Origin: the human T2T-CHM13v2.0 reference genome, Homo sapiens
DNA length: 64,000 nt
Direction: 5' to 3' (one strand)
NCBI RefSeq assembly: GCF_009914755.1
Contig: NC_060925.1
Position numbers and translations under genes: made by a program. Shown here one piece after another: positions 52,296 to 64,000 of this stretch (positions are counted from its first letter, which is position 1; each line of letters starts with the position of its first letter). The notes below the pieces were generated by a model that made no database searches, was not told the origin of the DNA, and was given only the letters and a program-made list of their open reading frames with translations.

Positions 52296-52952
52296 CCTCA
52301 TTGACGAAGAGTTGCCAGGCCTGGATAGGCGAGCCTTCCTGCAGCTGACCATCCGAATGGGCTCCACACAGGTAGCGCCCTGCATCCTCCTTCCTCAGGC
52401 CTGTGATCACCACACTGAATGAGCCATCCTTGTCCTGGGGGTTGAGCAGGATCCTGCCCTCAAAGGCTGGGGCCCTCTTCCCCAGGGTGTTGACGACCAC
52501 GTCACAGTTTTCCCCACTGCTCTGTCGGCACAGAAATTTGGCCACGTTTGCCACCTCAGGGCCCAGGGCACAGTGGAAGGTCACTGAGCCCCTCAGGTCT
52601 TCATAAACCAGCTCGGGCTCGGGCTTTAGCACTTGGAGGTCAGCATTCTTCTTATTACTATTGGAATCATCCCCAGCCTGGCAGAGATACTGCCCAGCAT
52701 CGCTGAGCCTGAGTTGGTTGATGACAACGCTGAACAGTAACTGGCCAGTACCCTGAATATCAAGGCGTATTCTTCCTGTATAGTTGGGATTTACATAACC
52801 ACTGGAGTCGATGACCAGCACAGGGTACAGGCCTATCTGCTTGTACAAGGACTTCCTCTTTTGAGCATTCTCAGTCTTGAAAGGGCAGTTGATGGTCACC
52901 GTTCTGCCCAGGTCCACTGTGTAGACTTTAGTGTCATTTAGGAGCCCAGGAC
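52296..52952 (-). CDS. PIGR: Polymeric immunoglobulin receptor, exon 4 (Ig D2+D3)
   Basis: 657-nt exon encoding two V-type domains. Confidence 0.97.
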
Positions 52953-54319
52953 CTGCAGGATGAGGGGTGCAAGGTAGGGGGCAGGCAAGTTACGATTCTA
53001 CTTTCTTGCAACATAGGACTATTTGCTATTCCTAGTTAGGGTGTGGGTGGACTTATAACCTGGAATGCCCTCCTTCCCAGAGGAATGCTGTCGGAAGGCC
53101 CAGCTTGACAGCTGTCTTCTCCATGAAACCTTTCCCAAGCTAACACTAATCTCTCCCTGCCCTGTGCTTTCTTGATACATCTGCATCACTTATTACATCC
53201 AATCTGGTGTATGGGTAATTATGTTCTCCATGGACTGGAAGTTCCTTGAAGGCTGGAACATGTTTTTCTCATGTTTGACCCCTCTGCTGTGACAAGCACA
53301 ATGCCTCTGGGTAGTAGGTGGCCAAATTAATGTGTGCTGAAATGAACAGAATGAATGTAAATGCAGGGTGATGGATTTCAACGCATACAATAGAAGTTTC
53401 TAAAAATTACAAGAGTCTAAATGTGAAATGGGCTGTCTCAGGGAGCAGTGAGTTTCTGCTAAAGTGCTTAATCAGAGGCTGCATACCCATCATCAGCATG
53501 TTCTTCTAAGTGTCCGGTTAGGGTGAACTCTAAGCCCTCTTCACCTCTAAAGATTCTGTGGTTTTGAATCTTGATCCCCACCTAAATGACCTCCTCATTT
53601 AGTCCACAGACAATAGTATGCATATTCCAAAGGAGCAAGACATGTCTTTGGGAGTCCCCCTGAATTTCTTTTCTCCGTAGACCTCTCTTTTGAGTTGCCC
53701 TTGACTATCTAAAACAGCCTCATTGTTAAACCCTTGTCAGAAAGAGCTTTTCTTTTTTTCTCTTTCTCCAACTAGAATAGGCTTGTTAGCAACCCATCCT
53801 TTCAGGATCTTGGTCTTTGGTCAAGATCTAATAATCTAATTTACCCTGATAATACCAAAAGACTAAGGGTTCCCAGGTTAAAAAAAAAATATGCATTTTA
53901 CAAGAAGCCTTTTGGCGGCCCAAACCTTGATGGAAAGGTGCATTAATGATAGGAATTTAAGGATCCCTGTAAATCTCTCCCTACCTTTTCTATCTCCTTA
54001 GCCTGATGTCAGATTTCCCTTTCTACCTGTAGCAAACACCAGAAAACTTGTCCTTCTGATACCCTTCTAAGCTGGGGTCTCCAGAAAGCCTAAAATGTTA
54101 TAGGCCACCAAGTCCTAGAAGGGTTCACTCATCACCCCCAAGTAGGCCCTATCTGTCTCCTTCTCCTGTTAAAGAAGTCTTTGCCTGGGGAAAGGGGTGC
54201 CTTCTGACCCCCAACCCGGCTACACATCCTTGTCAGGAAGTTCCTCCTCAAGCCCTCCATGCACCTTAGAGAATTCCCTCTAACTTTCCCCCAGAAGCCC
54301 AAGGAGCTTGGATCCTTAC

Positions 54320-54664
54320 CCTGGCTGACCTCCAGGCTGACATCAAAGGACAGGCCTCGGCTATTGATGCCCAGGCCACACTTGTAGCGCCCGGAGTCAT
54401 CCTGGCTCAGCTGGGCAATGTTCACCACAAATGTGCCGTTCTCCGGGAAGTTGGTGAGGTTAGCCCTGCCTGCATATTTGCTGGAGACGTAGCCCTCCGA
54501 GGAGATGAGGGTTATGCAGCCACCTCTAGCTCCCTGCCGGCACCAGTACTTCCGGGTGTGCCGGTTGACAGAGGTGGGTGGGTAGTAGCACGTGATGGAC
54601 ACTGAGTTACCTTCCACACTATTCACCTCCTCGGGACCAAATATGGGACTCTTCGTGGAGATGG
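54320..54664 (-). CDS. PIGR: Polymeric immunoglobulin receptor, exon 3 (Ig D1)
   Basis: AISTKSPIFGPEEVNSVEGNSVSITCYYPPTSVNRHTRKYWCRQ...LEVSQ. Confidence 0.97.
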
Positions 54665-54873
54665 CTGTGGGAACAGAAGAGAGAGGCTTTCTGAGGCCCT
54701 TGGGAGGTAAAGCCTGTTCCAGATAACCCACTATGAGTAGATGTGGTTTTCTACCTGACACGTAGGCCCTGTGTTGATAATTTATCATATATCACAGCTG
54801 GAAAATTGCTGAGATTAAATAAAGTGACTGTTTTAATCATGATTAAATTGGAATTGTTATTCATTAATGATAA

Positions 54874-55239
<366 letters not shown>

Positions 55240-55689
55240 TAACACCACTTTCGTAAGGTGTTACATGTTTGCACTTGCCATGTGTTATTTCCTTATATTT
55301 CTAAAAGCACTTTGTAGATGATTTTCTTTTCTTTTTTTTCCCCCAGATAAAAATATTGAGAGCCAGAAAGGATAAGTGACTTCCCTCAGATTTCACAGCG
55401 GGTCATAGAGATGCTTGGTTGAAGTTAAGGTCTTTGTTATTCTCAAAGAAGATCTTTCACAGACCCCTGGCCTTGAGATTAGGAAGTGCCATTCCTGTCC
55501 CTGACTTCCAATGCTCACAGATGTGGCCTTTCAGTGTCTTCTCTGTATGACTCTTCCTCAAGGAAGTGCCAACTTTGAGAGGGACATCCCTGGGGATGAG
55601 TCTGATTTTAGTGTCCCCAGGGAGGTGAACCCTGGAGTCGGGCAGGCTGAAGGGGTGGAGCTTGGAGAGTTGGGGCCTGGCAGACACAC

Positions 55690-55732
55690 CTGGGAAGACC
55701 GCCAGCAGGCAGGTGAGCACGAAGAGCAGCAT
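55690..55732 (-). CDS. PIGR: Polymeric immunoglobulin receptor, exon 2 coding part (signal peptide); exon starts at 55785
   Basis: MLLFVLTCLLAVFP; coding exons sum to 2295 nt = 764 aa + stop. Confidence 0.96.
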
Positions 55733-57262
55733 TGCTGGTGGGTCCCGAGCGCCGCACCACTCAGGCCGACTTCTCCTGTGCAATGCTGAAAAACAATAAT
55801 CACAAGGAGATGAAGCGCCCCTTGTCTTCCAAGACTAGTTGACCTTAGAGTTTCTGTGACATCTATTTGGCTTTGTATCTCCAGCAACTGACATAAATCC
55901 TGTTGAATGAATCAGTGCCTCCACTTTTTCCATAACAATTCAAAGTCTTATCATCCTTCAACACTTGTATATCCTTAATAGCTAGAAGTAGCTTTTGTCT
56001 TCTCAACTAAGCTGCAAGCTCCTTTGGGATAGAGATATTGTGTCATTTGCTCTGTTTCCCTGCCCATGAGACACAGTCCCAGGCACACCGTAAGATCTCA
56101 GGAATGGCTTGCTGGGTGATTGGTTCCTACCAATACGTGGCCCCCATCTCTCTGTTTCAGCTGCCCTCCCTACATTCCTGGGAGGTGAAGCGGGCTGACA
56201 TATTTCACAGTGTGTTCAGATGAGGAAACTGAGACCCACAGAGGAGGTGTCATGATTATTAAGGCTGTAAATGTAATGATGATGGTCCTAACCCCATTGA
56301 TTGCTCCCTTATTCTGTCTCAGGCACTGTGTTGAATAATTTATGTGTACTATCTCATACAGACTTGATATCAGCCCTGTGAGGTTAGTATCCTTATCCAC
56401 ATTCACATGGGAGGAAATGAAGGCTTCAAGGTTAAGTACTTTCCTCAAGGGCACATGGGGTTAAATGTGTGGGGGTACACAGAATGGGGGTCGGGGAAGA
56501 TTTGGGCCCACCTTTGTCTGACTGCAAAGTCCATGTGCTTAACCTCTCCACTACTGTATCGCACCCCAAATACAAGAGCATGCTTTTACCTTATGCTTAT
56601 TTGTGTTATTTGTAGAGACCCTGTTGCTTATGAAAGCACTACCATTTACATTATTTCATTTGAGCTTTATATGTTCCCTTGAAATAAGACAGACGGGTAT
56701 AATCACAACCATTTTATGGATAAAACATTGAGGTCTTGAGATGCTGAATGATAGGCTTACGTTTTCCCAGCAACTTGGTTATGGAATTGGGGTTAAAAGC
56801 TTAGGTGTTAGGGTCTTTGTAATCCTGCCTGGTAAGGCCTGGCAGACAAAGATGAAGAATCGAAGATGAGACCACTCAGACGGAGCAGCCTGTGTGGACT
56901 TTGTCTCCACCGTGGACACAGCCCAGGGCTGAGGAGAGTTGAGGGTCCCAGGGGTCTGCCTGACAGCAGCTGTCATCAAGACCCCAACTACAGCCTAGAG
57001 GAGGAGACAGAAGTCTCCACTTTCCCAGACTTTGACAGACTTTAAACTTTGGAGTTGTCTTGACAAAGAGAGTGTTAAATGATCGTAAGTTTGGGCAGTA
57101 ATGAGTGCCCATAAAGATAAGGACGCTGTAAGCAGGAGGAAGCTGGGCGTTATCTCCCAGACCTCCCTCACCACCCTGGCCCCTGCTCCTGCTCCCAGAC
57201 TCCCTTCACCAGCTTGAGCCAAAGGCAATAGAGTTGTTTATCTTGGTTATTTCTTTGTTGCA

Positions 57263-57444
57263 GGGGAATTTCCCAGCAAGGAACCTTTTATTTCCTTGTG
57301 AATATAAAGGTATTTTGTTTCTGCAGTTCTTTGGAAGAATAAAGGGAGGGAGTGGGAACAAATATGGGTGTCAGATGGCAACGTTGAGGCTCTCTTGAGT
57401 CCGGTTAATTGCCCCAGACCTTTCTTACCAGGTCAATGATTAAT
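57263..57444. promoter_or_regulatory. PIGR: PIGR intron 1 cytokine-responsive enhancer (NF-kB, STAT6, HNF1 motifs)
   Basis: GGGGAATTTCCC 57263-57274; TTCTTTGGAA (TTC-N4-GAA) 57327-57336; GTCAATGATTAAT 57432-57444; agrees with the known TNF/IL-4-responsive intron-1 enhancer. Confidence 0.8.
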
Positions 57445-59393
57445 GCCTGGAGTGGGGCCTTGGCCAAATACCAGTCAGCTCCAACATGGAAGCAATCAGG
57501 GGACACTAGCTGGGATGTCATCACCTGCGTGGGCACTGCAAGCTGCCATGGGAGATGCTCCCAGGTGGGAGCAGCTTTCAGGAGGCCAGGAAGTCTCAGA
57601 AACAGTTGGGATGGGCTGGCTGCAAAGTCCTGGGAGATCTACCATTTTCTACTTGTGCTGGCACAGGGTGGGTGCAGTCACAGGTGGGAGGACAAAATGC
57701 TGCCTGCTTTTAAGAACCCACACCAGCAGCAGCTGTCCTTGCTTCTTGTTCCTGTCCTCACCTCTAGATAAGCAAGCTGCCTCATATTTGCGTGAGACAG
57801 GAGTGGTCTTCCCACAAGCTGAGCTGGGGGATGCAGCCCTCCTCTGGACTTGGCCTGGGTTGCAGAGAGTCAGATGCCAGCTTCTCCAAGGTGAAGACCA
57901 CCCTGACCTCTGTCCCAGACTTCTCATTTTGTGACATGTTTGGGTGGCTGTGCATGTTTGTGTAGAGAGGGGACATGTGTGTGCACCCATTACCCTCTGC
58001 ATGGTCTCAAGCCAGGGATGAGAGCATCAGGCATGCACAGGCAGGTCGGGCAGATGGCAACATCAGCGGGATGCACACAGTCCAGTCCTAGATGGGATGA
58101 TTGGCAGGAGAGGATACCCCTGCTTTCAGGAACAGGAGCTCTTCTTTGCCCAAAGCTAAAACTTGAAGCACAATTTCTCTAGTAGCATTTGAAAGGACCT
58201 CGAGCTTTCAGAATCATTACAGACCCCTTCCTCTCAAAACCAGAGACTTTCTTCCAAACCTGGGGATTCAAATCTCGGGAGACCTCCCCAGCCCAGGGTG
58301 GCTGGGGCTGGATTTAAAGGATTTGCTTAAGGAAGGAAGAAAAAGAACATAATGTTGGGCACCTGCTACGTGCCAAATGCTTTGCTAGGTTCTTTTCTTG
58401 TAAGACTTCATCCATCAGCACAACAACCCAAGAGATAGATGTTGTTATCCTCATGACACAGGTTGGAAATCTAAGGGTTATAGGGATTCTCGACCCCAAG
58501 ACCCACAGCAGAATCCTAATTTGAGGTCACTACCCCATTATCACTCTTTAAATGAGCAAAGGGACCTGCTTTATTGGGTTTTATATATATGATATTATAT
58601 CATGCATGAGGGCACGTTTTCTGGTCCTTAAACTAGCAGTTGTTTTTTCACTGCTGAGGCTAGGATGTGCTAGATCATTTTCAGTTTACTAAGTTAGTAT
58701 CCCAACATATGTGTAACATATGTCCCCACAATTGTGGATTGGGGCAGGAGTGTAAGCTGTGCTGAAGGATAGTTTTTCTTTTTATAAAATGTATTTAACT
58801 AGCTCCTGTTCAGTTAAAGTGACTGCACTTCATCTCTCATGGTGTGGAGTCCAAACCTTTGTCCATCTAATCTCAGGTTTCCCTCTTTTTCAGAGGAAGA
58901 AAGGTCCCCTGGACTTGGTATGAGAGTAGAAGTCTGCTTGCTGGACATCCTTTGAAGATAGAGAGATGGAGAGTGAGCTACTTAGGTTGGACTCATGTGG
59001 ATAAGAGAGGAGACAAGCACTATGGGCTAGGCTAGAAGAACGTACGCTGAGTCCTTTCCAGGTGCTTTACATGTGTTAATGTGTTCCATTTTTACAGCCA
59101 CCATAGGAGATGGGACAAAATGGGCAACCCCATTTCATGAGTGAGATAATTGAGGCACAGAGAGGTGAGACATTTGCCCAAGGTTGCACAGTTGGTAAGT
59201 GACTTAGATGGGATTCTAGATCAAGAGCATAGGCCCTTAGCCACTCTGCTTTACCTCAGAGGGTCTTCCTATTGAGAGGAAGCAGTGGAGAGAGGAAGAA
59301 GCAGGATATTCAATCTTAGCGAACTGAGAATTTGTTCAGTTCTTTCCTCTCTGCCTTTCACGGAAAAGGCAGTTCTTATAAGGAGACACCTGG

Positions 59394-59697
<304 letters not shown>

Positions 59698-61536
59698 AAG
59701 AGACACCTGGACCCAGAGGTAGGTGCCAACAGAGAAATTTCTTCCTGGAAAATATTAGCTGCTATTTATTTAGCACCTACCATGTGTAGGATATGTTACA
59801 TAACCATGGGTATAACCAGGCATGTTGACGCCAAAGCCTCTTTCCACTCCACCATACTGTGTCGATGCCAGTGACATTGGGACTCCAGCCCCAGCCCCTC
59901 CAGAGAGAGGGCAAGACATAGATGAAGGTCTCTGCTGAGCACAATGCATAGGTATTTTTTTTTAAGTTGGATAGTTTGCTTTTTAGGTGACATCAAAATG
60001 TCCTCATGACCATATCAAAATGGCTGTACCAAAACCTCATCGTTCAAACTTGCTGGTGACTTCACACCACTCACATAGACTCACGGTGTCTTGGTTTCCT
60101 CAACTAGGGAATGACATCACAAAACCAACCCTGCCTACCTCCTCGTTGGTATCAAGGGAGAATGAGACGAAGGTGTGAAAGCCCAGGGCAAGTGGGTTTA
60201 CTAAATGGAAGCCTGTGTGACCCCATTTTTTATCACCTAAAGCCACAGAGGTCTAGCGGCACTAGGAGATAAGCAGAGAGAGTTGCTTTCCTGACTCCTG
60301 GCTCAGTGTTCTTTCTGCTACTTTAGCACATCCAGGGGCGGGACAAGGATGGAGAGAGAATTCCAGATCTGGCTCTGGGAAGACCTATGTCCAGGCACCA
60401 GACAGCTGCCTTCTACCTAAACCCCTGAAATTGGCATCTCCTCTCCAGATGTTAAAGGATCTATAATTCCCCTAGTGAAGGGGGAAAGTGATGGCACAAA
60501 ATAGGAGCAGCTTCAATGGCCCCAGGCACTGTGGCAATTGCACAAAGGGAACTGGGGGTCAGGGATGGAGCTTGACCCGCTGCTGCCCTTGTGCCGGACG
60601 GTCCCACTGCTGGCTTGGGCTGCTGTCAGGATGGGCAAAGGGAGGGGAAGCCCATGTCTGAGATCTGCTGGCTGCAGAGCCAGGAGGAACAGCAGGAGTT
60701 GATCATGCTGCCTGTGGGGCTCAGCTCCACCTCACTCAGTGATCCCGTGAGGACCTCTTTTTTTCTACCTCTAGGAAGGGCAGGATGATGCGATGACACA
60801 CATTTATGTCTCCCATGGCAGGAATCTGCTAGAGCAAAGCGAGGTGGAATTGCAAAGGATTTCAGAGGTTCTTGGAAGCCCAGAAAAAAGGAGCTGAACA
60901 TGCCTTTGCCAGAAAGCCACAAGTGGGAAACCTCAAAGAATGGAAGAGGACTTGCTAGGTGCCATACTTTATGCGCACTATCTAATTCCAGGTCTGTTGG
61001 TGTTCAATAAATCCTTGATTAATTAAACTAAACTGAAAAATATGAAACAATTCCTATTTCATTCTAGAGGTTACAAAGCTATTTCACCTGTGTTTTCTCA
61101 TTTGAACCCACATTGACCCTGAATGATAGGTGTTATTTCTATCTTTGTTTTACAGATTAAGAAACTGAGGATCAGAGAGGTTAGGTGGCTTGTCTAAGGC
61201 CACACAGTTAATCAACTATGAGGAGTTAGGAAATCCAGGCACAGACCAAGCTGAAAGAGTAGAATTACATATGCTGACCACAGAGGTCCCTTCCCACCTG
61301 CTGATATTTCTCAGAAAAGGATGGGGGGCTTCCACACACGTGCATCCCTACTCGTCCCACTGCGATATGCACGCTTACTCCCCAGCCACACACAGTCACA
61401 CAGTCTGCCTCCTTGTCCTTGTCACCCCACTATCTAGGAGACTGGGAGTTGGGAATGGAGGGGGTTACCTGAGCCATCGTCCCGAGCCCTTTCCAGATAG
61501 CATCCCGTCTGGGGATCCCAGAGCAGTAACACTTAC

Positions 61537-61663
61537 TTTTAGCCACTTCCTTCTCTCCCGTTGATCTGACTTCAGGGACACAGCCTGCTGGCCAGTTGGT
61601 AACCCCTGCCTCTCTAGGAGCTACTGGCAGGGCACTGGACGCTGCTGCCAAAACTGAAACTCT
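61537..61663 (-). other. PIGR: PIGR exon 1 (5' UTR) beginning with an ISRE
   Basis: Starts AGAGTTTCAGTTTT (ISRE, 61650-61663); donor AAAA|gtaagt. Confidence 0.85.
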
Positions 61664-61810
61664 GCTCAGTGTTTGACCCACACCTGGGCTCTTAAAGGGC
61701 CACTCTCCCACAGGCACCGTGGCCAGCCAGGGTCATGTGACTCTCACAGATCCCTTGCTTTCCTTTCATTTTGGCCTTCCTGGCTGGCTCCATTTGGTTT
61801 CCTTTGACCT
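61664..61810 (-). promoter_or_regulatory. PIGR: PIGR proximal promoter
   Basis: TATA-like TTTAAG 61691-61696; E-box GTCACATGAC 61732-61741 (about -71); ISRE-like AAAATGAAAGGAAAG 61758-61772. Confidence 0.8.
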
Positions 61811-62762
61811 TGGGGAGACTCTGTTACTTGGGAATCCTCCATCGTTGCAGCTTCAGGATGAGGGACAGAATGTCAAGCGTGAAGATGCTGTTCTGTCGCT
61901 TTCTAGCTGCAAGACCTTTGGCAAGTCACCTTCCTATTTCTTTTCATCTGGAAAAGAGGGATGGTAATACCAAATCTACAGGTAGAGGATATAGCCCGGT
62001 ATTAGCTCTAAAATACCTGGCCCAATGCTTGATTTGAAGTTGACATCATCTGATGGGGCACAGGTGGCAGGAGTGGCTGTCGTAGTCCTTGGTCTCATAT
62101 CCCCAGTTGCTCTGGAATCCCCTCCGACTCCCTAGGTTACTTAGCCTGGACAAAAATGCCCCTTATACACCTCCTGCCAAGCCCCTTTTACCAGTCCCAG
62201 AGCTCCAGGAACTGGCAGGACTGTGGCCCTTCCTGTTTCACTCCCCAGAGTCATGAAAGACTCGCTGCTTCTGGGCTCCCCTGAACATGGCTGACCTCAG
62301 AGTCTTGTTAGGACCCGGGCTCGGCTCCATAGCAAGGACGGTGCTGACCTGCTGAGCTGAAGTAGCACCTCCTTCCCTATCTGTTAGTCCATGCCAAAAC
62401 ATGACCTGGTTGGGACTCCCAGGTGTTCCCCAAATGATCGTGGCAGTCCTGTGACAAAAGTGAAGCCCACTCCCCAACACACACGTGTATGGCCCCCCGA
62501 CCCCTCACTGCAAACCCCCACAGAAATGCTGCCCATCCTACCTGTGCAGGGCTGACCCAGGCTCTCCCTACAGAGTCCTATAGGCCAAACACCAGAAGGG
62601 GAAGGAAAAATAGAGAAATAGAGCCCTGGAGAAACACAAGGCAGCCAGAGCCCTGGGTCTTATTTTAGCTAACCACTGGCTCACTTGTGGGTGTTAACAC
62701 ACAATCACAGATTTCAATGGCAAGCAAAAAAACCCCATAATTTCTTTATGTAGCTTAATTTC

Positions 62763-63102
62763 TCTCTTTTTTTGTGGTTTGCAAACTTAGATTTTCTTTT
62801 TTTATTTTGTTTTAGGTTCCAGGATTACATGTGCAGAACGTGCAGGTTTGTGACACAGGTAAACGTGTGCCATGATGGTTTCCTGCACCCGTCAACCCAC
62901 CACCTAGGTATTAAGCCCCACATGCATTAGCTATTAGTTCTAATGCTCTCCCTCCCCCCACCCCCCCCAACAGGCCCGGATGTGTAATGTTCCCCTCCCT
63001 GTGTCCGTGTGTTCTCATTGTTCAGCTCCCATTTATGAGTGAGAACATGTGGTGTTTGGTTTTCTGTTCCTGTGTTAGTTTGATGAGGATGATGGCTTCC
63101 AG
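62763..63102 (-). mobile_element. 5'-truncated L1PA 3' end
   Basis: L1 3' UTR sequence; exact 15-bp TSD ATGTAGCTTAATTTC at 62748-62762 and 63103-63117. Confidence 0.9.
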
Positions 63103-64000
63103 ATGTAGCTTAATTTCAAACCCTAAACCCATAATCTGACTGATAAAAGAAAACAAGTTACCTAGTCACTTCTAGGCAAGCTCAGCCCAATTCAGTGATC
63201 TCTCAGTCACTTCACTCCAGATTTAAAATTTAGCCTCATTATGGAGTTCCCTTCCTTTTTGTCTCCCTTCTCTCCCCTGGGGTCCAGTCTGGAGAGAGCG
63301 GTCTTGGGTGAGGGGGTGGTCAATGTTACTGCTGAGGCAGTGAAAAGGGGTGGCCCATTATTATTTTGGTCTTGCTTTGTCACGATGCTGTGCTGGCCTT
63401 GGGCTCCAGAAGGAAATAGTTTTGTCTACTGAGATGTGACTTCCCCTGCTTGGTCAGTGGGCTTTGTCCCTGCTCATCCTGAGGGTTCTGTGGTCCACAC
63501 TGTGCCCTCCTAGTCCATACACTGAGCTCCCTGGGGTGGGTCTTCCAGGCCCTCAGCCTCTCCTTGCCCACCTTGTGGGTGCAGGGTGAGTTTGGCTGAT
63601 CACAGACTCCTGAGGCCTTTGGGAGATCCTGTGCAGCAGAGTCACATTTTCCCCCAACACTCTTGTAACCTCCTGTGTGCCAGTGTTCCCATATAATTGG
63701 GGGTACAATGGATATCAGCAAGACTGTGGACCACCAAAGTTCTCTACAGGATGGGCGAAGGTGAGGGCCCCTCAATCTGGAGTTTTCAAGCCCACCTGGA
63801 TATCTCTATCATTGTTAATCCCCTCTCCCCTACTGTAGCCTGGACTCTGCCCCATGGTGGTGGGTGGGAGGGCACCAAGACACATCAGTAACTAAGCTCT
63901 CCTTTTTACTCTTCAGCAGTCTTTCTCCTCCCCAGTTCTGGGGTTAATGTCTAGCAGGAGGATGCGAGGGGAGACAAGATATGCAGGTGCAGAGATGAGA

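Overview
Human (primate) genomic DNA, recognisable as the 1q32 IL24-FCMR-PIGR region. I reconstructed three complete protein-coding genes by hand from GT-AG boundaries: IL24 (+, 7 exons, 206/207 aa), FCMR/FAIM3/TOSO (-, 8 exons, 390 aa) and PIGR (-, 11 exons, 764 aa). The rest is an RPL13A processed pseudogene, many Alu/L1/MIR/L2/LTR/DNA-transposon relics and a ~2.1 kb TG-rich compound repeat between FCMR and PIGR. The least expected observations are: (1) a decayed LARP1B-like retrocopy in FCMR intron 7, invisible in the ORF track, whose 5' junction abuts one arm of a 109-bp, ~94% identical inverted duplication; (2) the IL24 exon-2 splice donor is made from the head of an Alu whose target-site duplication lies in IL24 coding sequence; (3) the three IL24 AU-rich elements read as poly(A) hexamers on the FCMR strand; (4) a duplicated IL24 branch point/pyrimidine tract; (5) higher-order structure in the TG repeat. 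Gene and repeat-family names come from sequence recognition, not database searches. I found no evidence of a wholly new multi-gene system.
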